NCBI GenBank assembly: GCA_002633005.1
Contig: NMRA01000870.1
Coordinates: 48,915 to 112,914, forward strand
Direction of reading: 5' to 3'
Source of the DNA: Phoronis australis
Lineage: Eukaryota; Animalia; Phoronida
Length of the DNA stretch: 64,000 nt
A model generated the notes under the pieces. That model saw only the letters and a program-made list of their open reading frames with translations. It did not search any database and was not told the DNA's origin. Shown piece by piece: positions 26,601 through 38,660 of this stretch; position 1 is the stretch's first letter; each line of letters begins with the position of its first letter. The translations under genes and the position numbers were made by a program.

Positions 26601-29600
26601 TTTTAATACACAGGAGTAGAACATCGTGAAACTGATGCCAGCAGTCTAGTATGCGGCACATGCTTTTCAGGGAAACAACATTGTGACGATTCCAGTGTTT
26701 GGGCGAACGGAGACTAAAGTCACTAGGTTCAAATTCAATACTTTTTGAGGTTTTCTGCAGTTACAATGCATGAGGAAAATTCTTGGTCACTCAAAGCGGA
26801 ATTTTTTTTCCTGATGAGGGAATTTCGTGTGATCTTTAATATTTTTGAGAGGGGAACGGGACCGATGTGCGGCCACAATATTGAGGGATCAACTGCCCTG
26901 GCTTTTGATAAATCAGCAAAAACAAATCACTCTAAATTTCTAGAAAAAAATTGGTGTTACAATTTATTTTTGCCAGAAAACAGACTGACATAACATGGTT
27001 GAATTTCATAAACTCCTTTAAGCATTACAATTAGTACAGTTGAAAATACACAAACCAAAGACAGATACCCAAGGAGGGTCATGTGTAGTCATTTAAGAAC
27101 GACATTGACAGTGAGAGTTTAGCTACTTTTTTATAAAATAGAGCTGATAAATTACTCAGGACTAATCAATCTTAAGAGTTAGACTTACCTTTTGGCCTTG
27201 AAATTCCTATACATTTGAAGGCGCTTAATGGTCGAACGGTCCCTCATATTTTGGCCACCAGCTCCCTTAGTACGATCTACATGGAATAAGAAAATATGAG
27301 ATGAAATTTTGTCAGCAGATACTTACCGTGGAGCATGTCCAATACTGGTCGCTTCAGGAAATCATTAGCCAATCACTCAATGTTATTTTTGACACAAGAC
27401 TACACAAAGTATCAATAATTTGTGCATTAAGACGGTACGTAAATGATCCTATTCAGCAATCCCACAAAGCTTGCAAGCACCAATCATATTTGAGAAGTAC
27501 AACTATCAGACAGTGTAAAGAGTGTCTGCTCGACATAGTTGAAAGTAGCATAGAAATCAGAATGTATAGACATAGCTTTTGAACCACGTCCAATATCATC
27601 TAGACAGTGAATGTCACGTCATGACAAATAAAATCATTGCATTCGCTTGCAGTTTAAAAAGATACATCAAAAACACGCAGTATACTATCACTTTCAACTT
27701 TCATCAATTTCCTTTGTTTTTATGATTTTATTTTAATAATGTAACGCCATTACATAAATAACAGTGATTTAAGGGCTTGACAAGAATCTGCAGTAAGTTG
27801 AGCAACCTGCTGGGTAAAGACTTAATGTTGGCTCATCCTAGTCAATGCAAAGCTGTGGGCTCATGTTCCTTTTTGAGAATGCGAAAGTATTACATTGGCA
27901 GTTCTAACTAACATTGATATTCTAAACAATGGTTTTTTGTCGTTTCTTTAATGTGAGCTACGCATTTCAATGGGGACATTGACTGCTACATTTGATAAAT
28001 GAATGACTCCAGCTGAAGGTCATGTGGAAGCCAATCACAAGGTAGTTAGTGATTGACAAGCACATCATGCAGTGGTAAGATCGCAATCATCCCCAGACAT
28101 CCACGCGATATCATTTGGAATAGATGGAGGACAGTTGCGTTCCCTTTAAATATATGTACAGTGCTCAATTCGGTGCAGGTCGCCAATTCGACCTCAGAAT
28201 GTGTTTGGCAACCTGGGAAAAATTCCAAGTCGCCACTGCAAGTAAGAAAGTCAGACAATAATTTCCTCTAAATTTGTTCCAAAGTTCCTGTTGATTTCAA
28301 AACTTTAAATTGCTAACTGTTTTCCTACATTTATTACCTTTGATTCACAATTGTTCCATTGATTTTGTGAAATCATGCATGTGCCACCACACTTAATCAC
28401 AAAGGGAAGTAAACAGACAGAAGTTGAAATTGTTTGGTAAAAATCGCACAAGATCAGCGAAATTCACCAGTCCACGCGATCATCTGCAGTCTATGTTTGT
28501 TCGCCGAGGGGAGGACTTGAGTTGGAGAATGAAGATGTGCCTACACCCAGGCGGAGAAGGTGGTGTTACAGTCGTTAGACATTTTTTTAGGTCTACGAAT
28601 TTTTATACGCAATTTAGGAAGACAGGAAATCTTGGAATTGATTTGGACGTCTCAGATTTTAGGTTTTGGCAACTCAGATTTCGTTTGACCTGGGATTTTT
28701 GCCAGGTCGCCAAATGCGACTTGGCATTCTAAAAAGCTCCCATGTGAGCTCTTGCTGAAGAACACGGAAAATGATGTACAGCAAATATAACTGCTCAGAA
28801 ATCAAGCCCATCAAAAGACCTTATTCACTGGAAGATTTGATGTTTTACTGTTCGTCACTCCGCCATTTGCATACTTCAACTTGTGGTGAACTCGTGAACT
28901 AGGCTATTAGGGCATTATTTTGGCTCTGGTCTTCTGACTACTTCACGATGAGGTCAATCTGTGACCAAAGCCATCTAGATGGCAGACAATTTTTCGTTGT
29001 TTGACACAGAAAGGTAAAAAGAAGCGAAATAAAAATGGTATGCCACATTTCCATAAATAACCATGTAAACCACTGAAACTCGACTTTGTTAGTACTAGCA
29101 CACTCCACAAATATTTTACCCAGTGGAGTGCTGTAGTGGTAAAATTTGGCGCCCAAAGCCCACCGCATCACCTTGGCTTGAGCACTGAACGTAACTTACA
29201 GTGCAGAGGTGCTACGTTCAAGTGCCAAAAGGTGGTTGGCAGCGCCTAAGCCCCACTACACTGCAGCACTGATTTTGCCCCCATACTAGAAATGTCTTCT
29301 GTTGAGCGTTGTACACATAGTGTACCTAATTATCGGACGGAACCTAGATATCGGACATTTCAAAAAATCTTACTTGAAGCATAATCTGAGAATTAAATGA
29401 CACCAATTTTTGTTCCGTTGTAATGCATTCAATGTCCGTCACTGTCTCGTTTTTTACAGCGTTGCCTCGTTTTGATTTCACCAAGAGAGGGTGCAATTTA
29501 GATTCCCAAGTCGGCCTAAAATGGACGATCGCATAAATCGGTTATAAAAGTTGAAAATAAAATCTTTTTCCTCAATGAAACTTTCTCATTGAACTGACAA

Positions 29601-30286
29601 TATGTTACTGTTTCTTTTTTCATTTGTTTTTAAACTCAAGTCAAACCCCGAGCGCGCACGTGCGGGTGTCATATCAAGAAGCCAAAGTGATACTAAAAAC
29701 TGCAGTGAGTTTGCACGTGCTTTAGTCGTCTGCACTAATTCATCGAAATAACTTGGCGCCGTCATCAGATTTCATTTTATGGATAATTTCGTTGCGAATG
29801 GACCTGTGTTTTAGCAGCATATATGTCAAAACACTCGAGCTGAAATTTGGCTACAAGGTGCCCGCGGCCATTACGTTGTTAGTCAGTTTTCCGCGGTGTG
29901 GCGTACGGCGAAACAGCCGAAACATGGTGTCCGATATTTAGGTTCTCCGAAGGTTTGCTTGTTGTGTTTTTTAAAGTTCAGTCGGAACATAAATGTGGCT
30001 TTAGGTGACAAGATATAGTAACACAACAATTCTATAAAGGTAAGTCTTTATTCCAGCAAAGAATTTACAACAATCCGTAGTATTTTCAATTAAATATAAT
30101 GCAAAATGTGCCAAAACGTCCGATAATTAGGTCACATGACTGTAGGCTAATGTCCTTTTTTCAGTCACACTCACAGAATCTGGGGGAAATTCGATCTGCT
30201 GGGACTACATAACGATACTTACCAGGATTCATGCTATGATTTGATTTGTTTATTCCAGCTTTTTTCGTTTTCTTAGTCTTGGCCAT
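11937..30286 (-). CDS. GNL2: Nucleolar GTP-binding protein 2 (NOG2/NGP-1), circularly permuted GTPase, about 770 aa, 16 coding exons
   Basis: Exons in transcript order: 30286-30223, 27276-27189, 25411-25317, 24838-24705, 23238-23140, 22790-22638, 22156-~22008 (cut by N), 20614-20372, 20065-19961, 19593-19435, 18245-18150, 18015-17941, 17441-17325, 15836-15371, 14359-14190, 12029-11937. Motifs: [53 protein letters not shown] (G4), GYPNVGKS (G1), GETK (G2), DCPG (G3), [38 protein letters not shown] ends and consistent phases at all visible junctions. Confidence 0.97.
12109..13954 (+). mobile_element. Non-autonomous Helentron/HINE-like element with internal 140-180 bp tandem array, in the last GNL2 intron
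   Basis: Starts AACAAGAG followed by the short hairpin AATGC-TGGG-GCATT. About 11 diverged units (AAAATGGCCACT..GTCAAATCC..AATGGTGCCGGCGCATTGAC..GTGTCAAGTTTCATTGAAATC) follow, then a (CA/TA) microsatellite-like stretch and the end GGGCGCATAAAAA. Confidence 0.6.
14530..14645. repeat. Compound (AAT)n/(ACT)n microsatellite
   Basis: Directly visible in GNL2 intron 14. Confidence 0.95.
17419..17679. repeat. 32-bp minisatellite, about 8 copies, overlapping the GNL2 exon-13 acceptor
   Basis: Unit ACATGTGGTAAGGCTGCTTTACTCTGAACAGA; the CATGTGG anchor recurs at 17420, 17452, 17484, 17516, 17548, 17580, 17612 (variant) and 17644. Confidence 0.97.
20987..22007. mobile_element. Probable TTAA-AGG (Kolobok-like) non-autonomous element, other end missing at the N
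   Basis: Starts TTAAAGGAGAATGCCACCC; CpG-richer than the flanking intron; no partner end seen before the N at 22008. Confidence 0.3.
22921..22965. repeat. Imperfect (CA)n microsatellite
   Basis: Directly visible. Confidence 0.9.
29312..30144. mobile_element. Tc1/mariner-pogo-like MITE in GNL2 intron 1
   Basis: Inverted ACCTAATTATCGGACG (29324-29339 versus 30118-30133), TA-flanked ends (TACA..TGTA), and a second inverted pair GAACCTAGATATCGGACA/TGTCCGATATTTAGGTTC (29340, 29928). Confidence 0.65.
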
Positions 30287-30338
30287 TTTAACTGTCGGGG
30301 GACTTCTTCCAAAGGTACAAGAAAATCAGAAAGTATTT

Positions 30339-30365
30339 CACGTGTTTACGGACAGACCGGAAATA
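30339..30365 (-). promoter_or_regulatory. GNL2 proximal promoter: E-box CACGTG and ETS-like ACCGGAAAT
   Basis: CACGTG at 30339-30344 (about 55 bp from the ATG) and ACCGGAAAT at 30356-30364. Myc E-boxes near the start are typical of ribosome-biogenesis genes. Confidence 0.45.
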
Positions 30366-30669
30366 TATGCAACGCAAAATTTAGGGATTACTTTTTCATA
30401 ATCTACATTACTATCACAATATCACGATTTTCCTTTCATCTCCTCAAATTAAAAAGAATTTTGATGGCAACACTTTCTTTGGAGTTAATTTACCACGACA
30501 AAGTGGTTTATTCGAATGATAATTTTCTTCGATTATACTTTCAATAAACCTCACAAGAGGGCGCTAGTTGGTCTCCTGCATAACCAGCCAGGTTAGTCTC
30601 CTGCACAGACCCACGAGATTGGCCTTCATAAGTATGATAGGCCGTTGGGGGGAAAGTGTCGCCGGAAAA

Positions 30670-30775
30670 ATACGAGCGTAAATGTGTACATTACGCCGTT
30701 ATTTACACCGTTAATTACGCCGTAAAATTACGAGCGTAATTTAATTCTTTACGGCGTAAAATTACGCTCGTAAGT
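30670..30775. repeat. Direct and inverted cluster of TTACG(CC/AGC)GTAA units upstream of GNL2
   Basis: About 7 copies of TACGAGCGTAA/TACGCCGTAA in both orientations. Confidence 0.8.
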
Positions 30776-31199
30776 TAGTTTAAACTCTTAGCCAATGACG
30801 TTGGGTTTTACAATCCACGATCGCGCGCGCTCATAAACATACTTATTTACTGACAGATTTCATGACTACTATTCAAATATGCTATATTTACAAACATTCA
30901 GAAAGAAAACTTAGAAATACTATTGTCGACCCCAATCAATATGTCGGATGGGTCTCATACGCCACCTCTCTATGTTAAACGTCCTGCAAGCCACATTTGC
31001 CGATATCAGCTTGCCTATTCACCAAACTGGTCAAACGGTCGGAAAGAAAAGAGGCTATGTTTTCCTACTACAAACCTGTAATAACAGCACAACTGACATT
31101 GATTTTCGACATGTTTTGCGCCACTTTTTGACCATGCAGTTTTTGACACTGATAAACTCCTCTATAAACGAACCCGGTCAATAAATGATATGTTTTCAA

Positions 31200-32310
31200 G
31201 TATATTTTTTTAATTTTGGTAAACTATAGTTTATGGAATTTTATTCAAACAAACAAAAAATTCAGTTTTGGCAGGTTTTTGATTTATCTGGTATTTTGGA
31301 GATCGATGAGTTACATCTCTTTGAGTTAATTCAAAACTATTGATAGGTAAAAACAATTTTTTATGCACCACAGAAGGGCATAACGTATATCTATGATCTC
31401 TTGTGGGAGCTTGTGATATATGACCAATTTTGCTCCTTTTATGGTTTTTCTCCTCCGTTCACTGCTCTCCTGTGTGTGCGTAATGTTGTCCGGAGTCTAT
31501 AAAGGAGTTATTCCTGTGTCGTTGCATTTCAAATTTATTCTTCTACATCGTCTGATATTACTTTGACTGTTATTAATTGCCGTAATGTAAGCAAAATTGT
31601 TTATAACCTTTTCATCATGTCTTTGTATAAAAAACCTAATTCTGTAATAAAATAGGAAAGTTGTTTAAACATTGCACAGTCAGAAGAATGCTGGCGTAAA
31701 TGTAAAATATTGGCAATTAACTTTACTAAAGATACAAAATTGAGGTGTTTTCAAATTAGATTTATTCACAGACTTAATAGTACTAATATTATTTACAGAA
31801 AATTAGTGTAACAAATATATGTTTGTGTTCTTTTTGTATTAGTGAGTCTGAAGATCTTTCTCACTTGTATTGGTTCACAATGGTTCACAATTTTTGGTTG
31901 GCTGTAAATAAGTGGATCGTATCGAAAACTGGTAAATCTCTTGAACTGAACTTACATGAGGTATTGTTTGGCAGGCATAATGCGAACATGTCATTAACTT
32001 GGTCATATGTTTGGTCAAATATCATATTTATTAAAGAAAAATAAACTTTAGTGTTCCGTAGTTGCACCTACTCAAAATCAAAAAATGAGCTCCCTAAATA
32101 TCACGAGTTTGAAAAAGTAATTTTCTGTAATAATTGTGAATATGAACTTTCGTTGAAAGGTGGGCCCTATGGTTCATCTATTTGTGTAATTTTCGTCCTT
32201 GATAATAATCTGATCCCTTGAGAGCCTGTGATGTATGTAACAATGAGTTTGTGTATGTGTGTGCTACATGTACTTTTTGTACTGTCAAGTTTTCATTCCA
32301 CTCAATAAAT
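31200..32310 (+). mobile_element. Degraded L1/Tx1-type LINE 3' fragment (zf-RVT region)
   Basis: Broken frames read NFTKDTKLRCFQIRFIHRL, CSFCISESEDLSHLYW and FWLAVNKWI, with many stops and frameshifts; AATAAA near 32304. Boundaries approximate. Confidence 0.65.
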
Positions 32311-32730
32311 GTTTACCTTTGCGATGCGGTCCTTGTCGCATTTCAAATGTTCTGCGTTGCTCCTGCTATTCTGTCCAGTTGAGATTACTCATGATGACTA
32401 TTTCAGATGTTGGGTTTATTCACATATGTGACTTAAGTTGCCCAGTGCATTCTTGTATGAAGACATGTACCACCTCCACAGCCTTTGAGTGATATCTTGA
32501 TTTTGGTCCACATGTGTACAGAGCACAAGAAGAAATTTTTACCTTTTCGATCCAGAAAATGTGGACAGCTGTTTGCACATCTGTGACATAAAAACCAGTG
32601 ACCTTTCTCAGCACCAGTATCTCCGAGGCCTCGACTGTTCTAGCGAATGGGTAGGTTTTGAGAGGCTCAATTAAACGAACAAGATTTTCAGATAGGGAAT
32701 ACATGTATCTGATCTCCGCAGTCCCTAAAG

Positions 32731-32982
32731 ATGAATCAACTAAGCAAAGTGACTGACCCAACCAGAACTGCTCAGGTCATGCAGAAAAACAAAACAATTT
32801 CCAAGGAAGATGGTCTTATACCTCAGCAGATCGTAAGTTTGTTTTCTCGTTTGGCAACTTCCCTCAATCGTTGGGCAAAAGGAACACAGTTTGATAAATT
32901 TGAAATGGAAAGCATGTATGAGGAATACCATCGGTTCAGACATCAACAAAAGACAGTTGAGAAAATGGGGCTGCCGCTGTAA
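32731..32982 (+). pseudogene. C-terminal fragment of a related (Sola3-like) transposase
   Basis: DPTRTAQVMQK..EDGLIPQQIVSLFSRLA resembles the family C-terminal motif DP..VA..MR..L..QQI.SFFSR, also seen in degenerate form at 59800-59940. Confidence 0.45.
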
Positions 32983-35558
32983 TGCACTTAGGTGGTTTAG
33001 TCTCAGGAAAAATATAAAATACAATACACGTCAAAAGTAATCGGACAAGATGCCATTCCTACGTCGTGGAGGGTGATCTTTGCCTGTTGAAAATGCCTGT
33101 CTGATTGTACAATCTTATTTTTAACAATGCTCATATTTTGTAATTTTGACCAAGTTTCGTAGTTTTTATTTATTTCATTGATGGCAAGTAACTTGTCTCT
33201 ATCTTATGTCAGCCAAAATATGTTACTATTATCGTTTGAGCATCTTCACTGCGAACTGTGAATATGTTCAACTGGTTTAATGTTTTGACAATCTTGCTAT
33301 CGTTTTTTACACGAGTACAGTATAACCGACTCCGACCATGCTGGTCTCTACATCTAAAATGTACACAAATATAAACATAATATTTTAAATCAGGAAAGTT
33401 TTCAAAAATTGTCCACAATTTGCCATTTCAAAAGCTTTTTGCAGGATTACTGAAAATTTAAGGACGAAATGTCTGGATGTTTGCGTTTTTGTCTGTGCGT
33501 ATAGTGTCTGATAATTCTGAAATAGCAGATTTAGATGACACACTCTTTGACTCGAGTTTGGTGAATTCTTGGACGAATGGTAACCATCAAGTACAAAATA
33601 CACGATTTAGAGGAAGGTATAAGAAAAATTAATTGCACTGATTGTTCTGCTATTTTATCTGTGAAAGAATCGGTTCACGATGTCCTTTTGATGACAATGT
33701 TTACAAACCCTCCGCAGAACACTTATGATGTTGTGAGAAAAAACAAACGATATTAGTTTCCATAATGTGATTCAGACATCCATAGGCGTATACGTGCTTG
33801 GCGCTTTGGGAGCCATATGATATACAGTAGGTAAGTCCAAATGATAAGGGCACAAAAATTATTTCACTACACAAATTTCCTAACCTCGTGACACCAGTTT
33901 CCCTACCCTAATTTTTCTACGTCCACCCCATACATTTTGTACATGTTTCCTGTTTTATTTTGTTTTGTTTCGCCTGGTTATGCAAAAAATGAAAATATTA
34001 ATTTCGATCAATTAGACCTTCACCTTGAAAGCTCATGCGAATTTGCAGCCATTTGACATATTTAAACCCTATATTTAAAATTTTTAGTCAACAATTCATT
34101 CAGAAAAAGTAAGTCCATTTATAAGAGTGAGGCAACCGTACTTTGCTGTCCTACAGTACTTCTTCTTTTCTGTCAACCCAAACAATTTGGTTGTTTCTCA
34201 CATATGCATTTGACATTTTTATAACGTCAGAATTAAGATTTCAAAATTTTGCGTTAAATCATTTTGCCTATATACTTTGCTTTAGAGACATTGGCAAGTT
34301 GAGCATTTTTGGTGAAGTACCCTACTTCTAGAGCATGATAGGGTATGGAGAAGGGCCTGTGATATGTCCTTAGCTGGCAAGCTTAAAGACATTCTAATTT
34401 GAGAGAGGACCAATTACGGAGTGCGTGGACGAGTCGCCTCGGACTAAGTTGGAGTCGGAGGACCGACTGAAAACGATGAAACACTAGAAATAACAACGCT
34501 TTCAGATAGGAAACCGGTAACCGTAACCGGTTATTCGTTGGATTGGAATCGTGAGATGTGAGTGATGTGTCAAATTCTTTTGTTTGTTCCCACATGCACG
34601 CCCGTTGACGTTGCCGTTGGCTGCTAAGCCCTAAGGCCTGACCGCCTGAGTGCGATTTTCTACGTGCCGCCGAAACGGGATACAAATTGCTATTTTCGTT
34701 ACTGCAAATGCTTTTTATGTGACATTTTTCGTGTTCTATTTTGTGACTCGGGTTTTGCAGTTTTAGAGAAGTGATCAGACTCTGAATGATCTGATTGATC
34801 TAAGCCATTGTTTACAAATTCTGCCAGACTATTTTCAGTGTCCTTGTAGTTATTTCTTATGTCACATAGTTTCTTCTACACCAGCGTGGCTTATGAACAA
34901 TTAACTCCTGCTAACAGTTGGGGTATGAGCCACTTGTTTTCATCTTGACTTTTTTTTTCCATTTGCGTTGGAATTAAAAAAAATTGTTGGAAATGAATGC
35001 GTATGTATTTCAGGCTTTCTAGATAATCTATGGATAGATTTTCAATTTCTTTGTAATTTTGTATCGTAATTATAAGAATTGAAAATAATTTTATACATGT
35101 AGGTCTCCCTCAGTGCAGCAAATCAAGAATACATGTACGCTCCTGCCACTCAGAATGCAAATTTTTATCATTATTTTTATTATTTTAATTTTATAAAGAT
35201 ATTTTTGTTGCATCTAATTGCCTTCATTGTTGTTGCTGAAATAGATGTCAGGTCCTGCTTAAGATGAGTGCTTTTTGCCAACACGACACAGCAACTTTCG
35301 ATCTGTTGAGGTATGGTCTAGATTGAAATGTGTATTTAGGTCGTAAAAATTTCCTCTTTTTTGTCATGGGTCATTCCAAGCCCTGGTGCATCTAAGTGAT
35401 CAAAAAAACTAAAACACGACAGATAAATACATGTAACCTATGGTCTTAAAACTTCTATGAAAGACGAACCACTGCGTATCTCTATAGCTGGGCTATTGTG
35501 ACGTCAAAATGACATCAGCCGACAGAAAATCAATTTATGAAGCCTTGCACCGAACAAT

Positions 35559-36686
35559 ATGATTGTTGATTATGAAAAATTTGGCTTTCTTTACAAGGAA
35601 ACTGGATTTGAATTTGTGAACTGTGCATTGCCTATGGCCCCTATAGTATTTATGACGTATCACTCAATTATTGGAATTTACACAGCGGTATTTTTAGCGC
35701 TCGACTTTGTGCTCTTTGTAAAGCCTTCGGACAAACCTCACTCGTGGACGTGGAAGTCGATTTGCTACCCCGATAGGTGGCACTGCATAGTAGTTCTGGC
35801 GTATTTTCTAACTGCCTTCGCAACGCAGTTTCGCATTAACTCCATGAACATCGAGTCAACGAAGAACTCGAAACGTGAGACTGTACCACTGAGCAGTGAG
35901 CAAAGATTTTCAAAGCGAGTAACGTCTTCTCGTGGACGTAAGTGTGAGATTTCTAGATCCTCAATCTCTTGTCTTGTACAAGAAAAGATTCCAGTTCAAC
36001 ATGTATCTCACGCCGAATGTGTAGCTTCAAGTAACCTTTACCCTGGGGAAGAACTTGCGTGGAGTTCTGAAAATGTCCTATACAGTGAATTGTGCTGGTA
36101 TCTCAAGTTACGGTGGTTCCTGCTCAATACCGCCTTTAATGTGGGAATCAATTTAGCAATTCTGTTCTGGAATTTAGAGCGTAAATCGCCTTTGGTGGCT
36201 ACAGATATAAACCGACATGTCGTCACACCTTTGCTACTCCTGCTGGAAATGGTACTTATTAATCACCCAATTTACATTCATCATTTTTATCATTCTTACG
36301 CATTCTGTATCGTGTACTTAGTTTTTGGCGTCACCTATTTAGCTGCAGGCGGCACTGATGAATATGGAAGGAGACAGCTCACTGCAGGGATAGACGCGAC
36401 AAAAGTGGAATATAGCGTCATATTGGTATTCATTGGGCTTGTTCTTGCCGTACCTAGTTCACAATGCATTGGAGCCTTAGCCAGTGTAATCAAAACAAAG
36501 TTTTTGTCGCAGAAAAAAAGCCAAAAAGTAGAGCCGAATGTCAATAGCCATTCCGTTACTAGTATGTTATCGACAGGAACTATTCGAATGCAGAGATATA
36601 ATCAACAATTTGACGAAAATATCATCAAGGTTCAGTCTACAATTATGGTCTTGAAGAAACCAGACATCACCACTGAAAGCCGTTGA
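35559..36686 (+). CDS. Rolling stone-like multi-pass membrane protein, paralog A (375 aa, intronless CDS)
   Basis: Intact ORF with about 6 hydrophobic segments. Motifs KLRWFLLN, ILFW, RHVVTPLLLLLE, PIYIHHFY and YLAAGGTDEYG resemble the rolling stone family. Colinear with 53226-54341. Confidence 0.8.
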   Translation: MIVDYEKFGFLYKETGFEFVNCALPMAPIVFMTYHSIIGIYTAVFLALDFVLFVKPSDKPHSWTWKSICYPDRWHCIVVLAYFLTAFATQFRINSMNIESTKNSKRETVPLSSEQRFSKRVTSSRGRKCEISRSSISCLVQEKIPVQHVSHAECVASSNLYPGEELAWSSENVLYSELCWYLKLRWFLLNTAFNVGINLAILFWNLERKSPLVATDINRHVVTPLLLLLEMVLINHPIYIHHFYHSYAFCIVYLVFGVTYLAAGGTDEYGRRQLTAGIDATKVEYSVILVFIGLVLAVPSSQCIGALASVIKTKFLSQKKSQKVEPNVNSHSVTSMLSTGTIRMQRYNQQFDENIIKVQSTIMVLKKPDITTESR

Positions 36687-36962
36687 GGAAAAGACAGAAG
36701 CAATAGACACCAACGTCACTAAGTGCAAACGTCCGAAACTTGCAAAACCAAAATCAGACGGACAAATTACCTTTGGACACAGAGGACTAAACTAATTTCA
36801 TAAAAATGTTCCATGCCTTGCGTAAATTTACTGTGTGGTTAAGACCAACAGAAACAAAGGGCATTTACATGTATGTACCTATACCTCGGAGCTCTACATT
36901 GTAGCACGAGAAACCCAGAATTTCCTTAACCAAGAATGTTAGTGTGAATTATCGTGATACTG

Positions 36963-37850
36963 GTGTGTGTGTGTATTTATTTTTTATAGTGACGTAAGGG
37001 CACCAGTAAATACAATATCAAAGACAGATTATTCACCACACCCCCCAGCCTCAATGGGCTTACTCAGTCACCTAATAATATTTAAATCATTACATAACAA
37101 ATTGCACAAGCTCAAATATGACCACTTCAGACTAGTTTATAAACAAACAATTACTTGTAACCTGCAAAGCGTCTTGAATGAATTTCGCTAGACCTTTCAA
37201 GTTATTTTGGAATATTTGAGGTAGGGCAGAACGCCGTAAAAAATATGGTCGAATGTGAGTATATTTTTCAAAATCAAAAAAGAAATGAACTTCATCTTCA
37301 ATTCCTGTTTTACAAACACGACAAATCCTTTCATTCACAGGAATTCCGAAGTACCGCCCCACCTCATCCTCTAATGGTAGAATACCTGCTCTCAATCGAG
37401 CTATGACGGACCTCTGAGACACCGGCAGACGTAAATACTCTTCTACACAATAGTCATTCTTAATAGATCTATATAAGTACAGTTTTGGTTTCTCAGTGAT
37501 TATTTTTAACCAATTTAACTCTTCTAACTGGAACCTGAATGTTCTGAAGTTTTCGAGAGACACAACTTGTTTGTTCCTGAAATTTTCTAAAAAGTCACAC
37601 TTCTCCATAATTTTAAATATTGAACTTGACCAGTTGCAGTTCCGATGTTTAAGGTCCCATAAAAAGACTTTTTTTGCAATTCTGCTTTCATCCATTAGAA
37701 CTAAACGATTCCAGAGCCGTAGCATATTTTCCTGTTGTTTGTAGTGTGAATTTGGCCAACCCGAGTCGCCATAAAGTACTGCATTGGCAGCATACTTGTG
37801 GACCCCAAAAAATATACGTAGAGCTCTCGTTCTGATCATTTCACATTTGA
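36963..37850 (-). mobile_element. 5'-truncated non-LTR retrotransposon (RTE-X/CR1-group-like ORF2 C-terminus)
   Basis: ORF 37132-37893 contains RALRIFFGVHK, LYGDSGW, LWNRLV, KPKLYLYRSIK and RSVIARLRAGILPLEDEVGRY..ERICRVC..EDEVHF. The 3' end has AATAAA followed by a (CA)n tail at 36963-36980. Confidence 0.8.
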
Positions 37851-38456
37851 GATACTGGTACATATGTAGGTATTGAGAGATTTGTGACAACAACGGTTGT
37901 GGTAATTGATGTGTTGTAAGCGTTTAGTTTTAATGATGTTGGCGGTGGTGGATGGCGTGCTGGTGGTGATATAGGTGGTGCTAGGGGTGATATTGGTTTT
38001 GGTATGGTGTGTAGTAAGCTTTCGCCATGTTGAGGATCATTACAAGAATCCTACCTTGACGCTCAAACCGGTCCAGATTGGGCAACTCGACCGGTTTGCC
38101 TACCTCAGGAATTGCCGGTTCGGATCAAAGACATCACGCTTTTGTGGTTAATTAAATTGCTTCAAGCAATGGGGCGACGATTTTCATTTTTTTTATTTTC
38201 GATTTGAAAGTTTTTAAATAGAATATCTGAATCGTTCCTGAAAAGTTGTTTTTGAATTTTTAGAATCGGAGAAAAAATATGACTTTTAGCCTGTGAAATT
38301 TTACCGAGTTCGCACGTAGCCAGTATTTTGTGCCTTATTAGTTCTGTGGGGTGTGTACATGTAACATAATGGGCCAATTACCATAACAGCAAGGAGCGTT
38401 AGATTTTGAGGTAGGCCAAGTGTTATCGTGCAATTCTTGTCAGTGTCACTTCGACA

Positions 38457-38660
38457 ATGATGGTGCAGCGGTGGTGATGGTGGTGGTGGTGCTGCTGTTT
38501 GCATGAATGGTGGGGAGGTGGTCATTGTGTTCGTGAGAAAGAGGATGATAAAAGTCGTGGTGGTCGCAGTCGTGGTCGTCGTCGTCGTCGGTGGTGTCGG
38601 TAGTGGTGGTGGTTGTGATAGAGATGGTGGTTGTGATGGTAATGATAAAATTTTGACAAT
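38457..38660. repeat. Degenerate (GGT)/(CGT)/(GAT) trinucleotide tract
   Basis: Directly visible; a similar tract lies at 37895-38010. Confidence 0.85.

Noticed and set aside
36038-36544. Antisense ORFs conserved in both rolling stone-like copies
   Set aside because: Shadow frames explained by conservation of the sense CDS.
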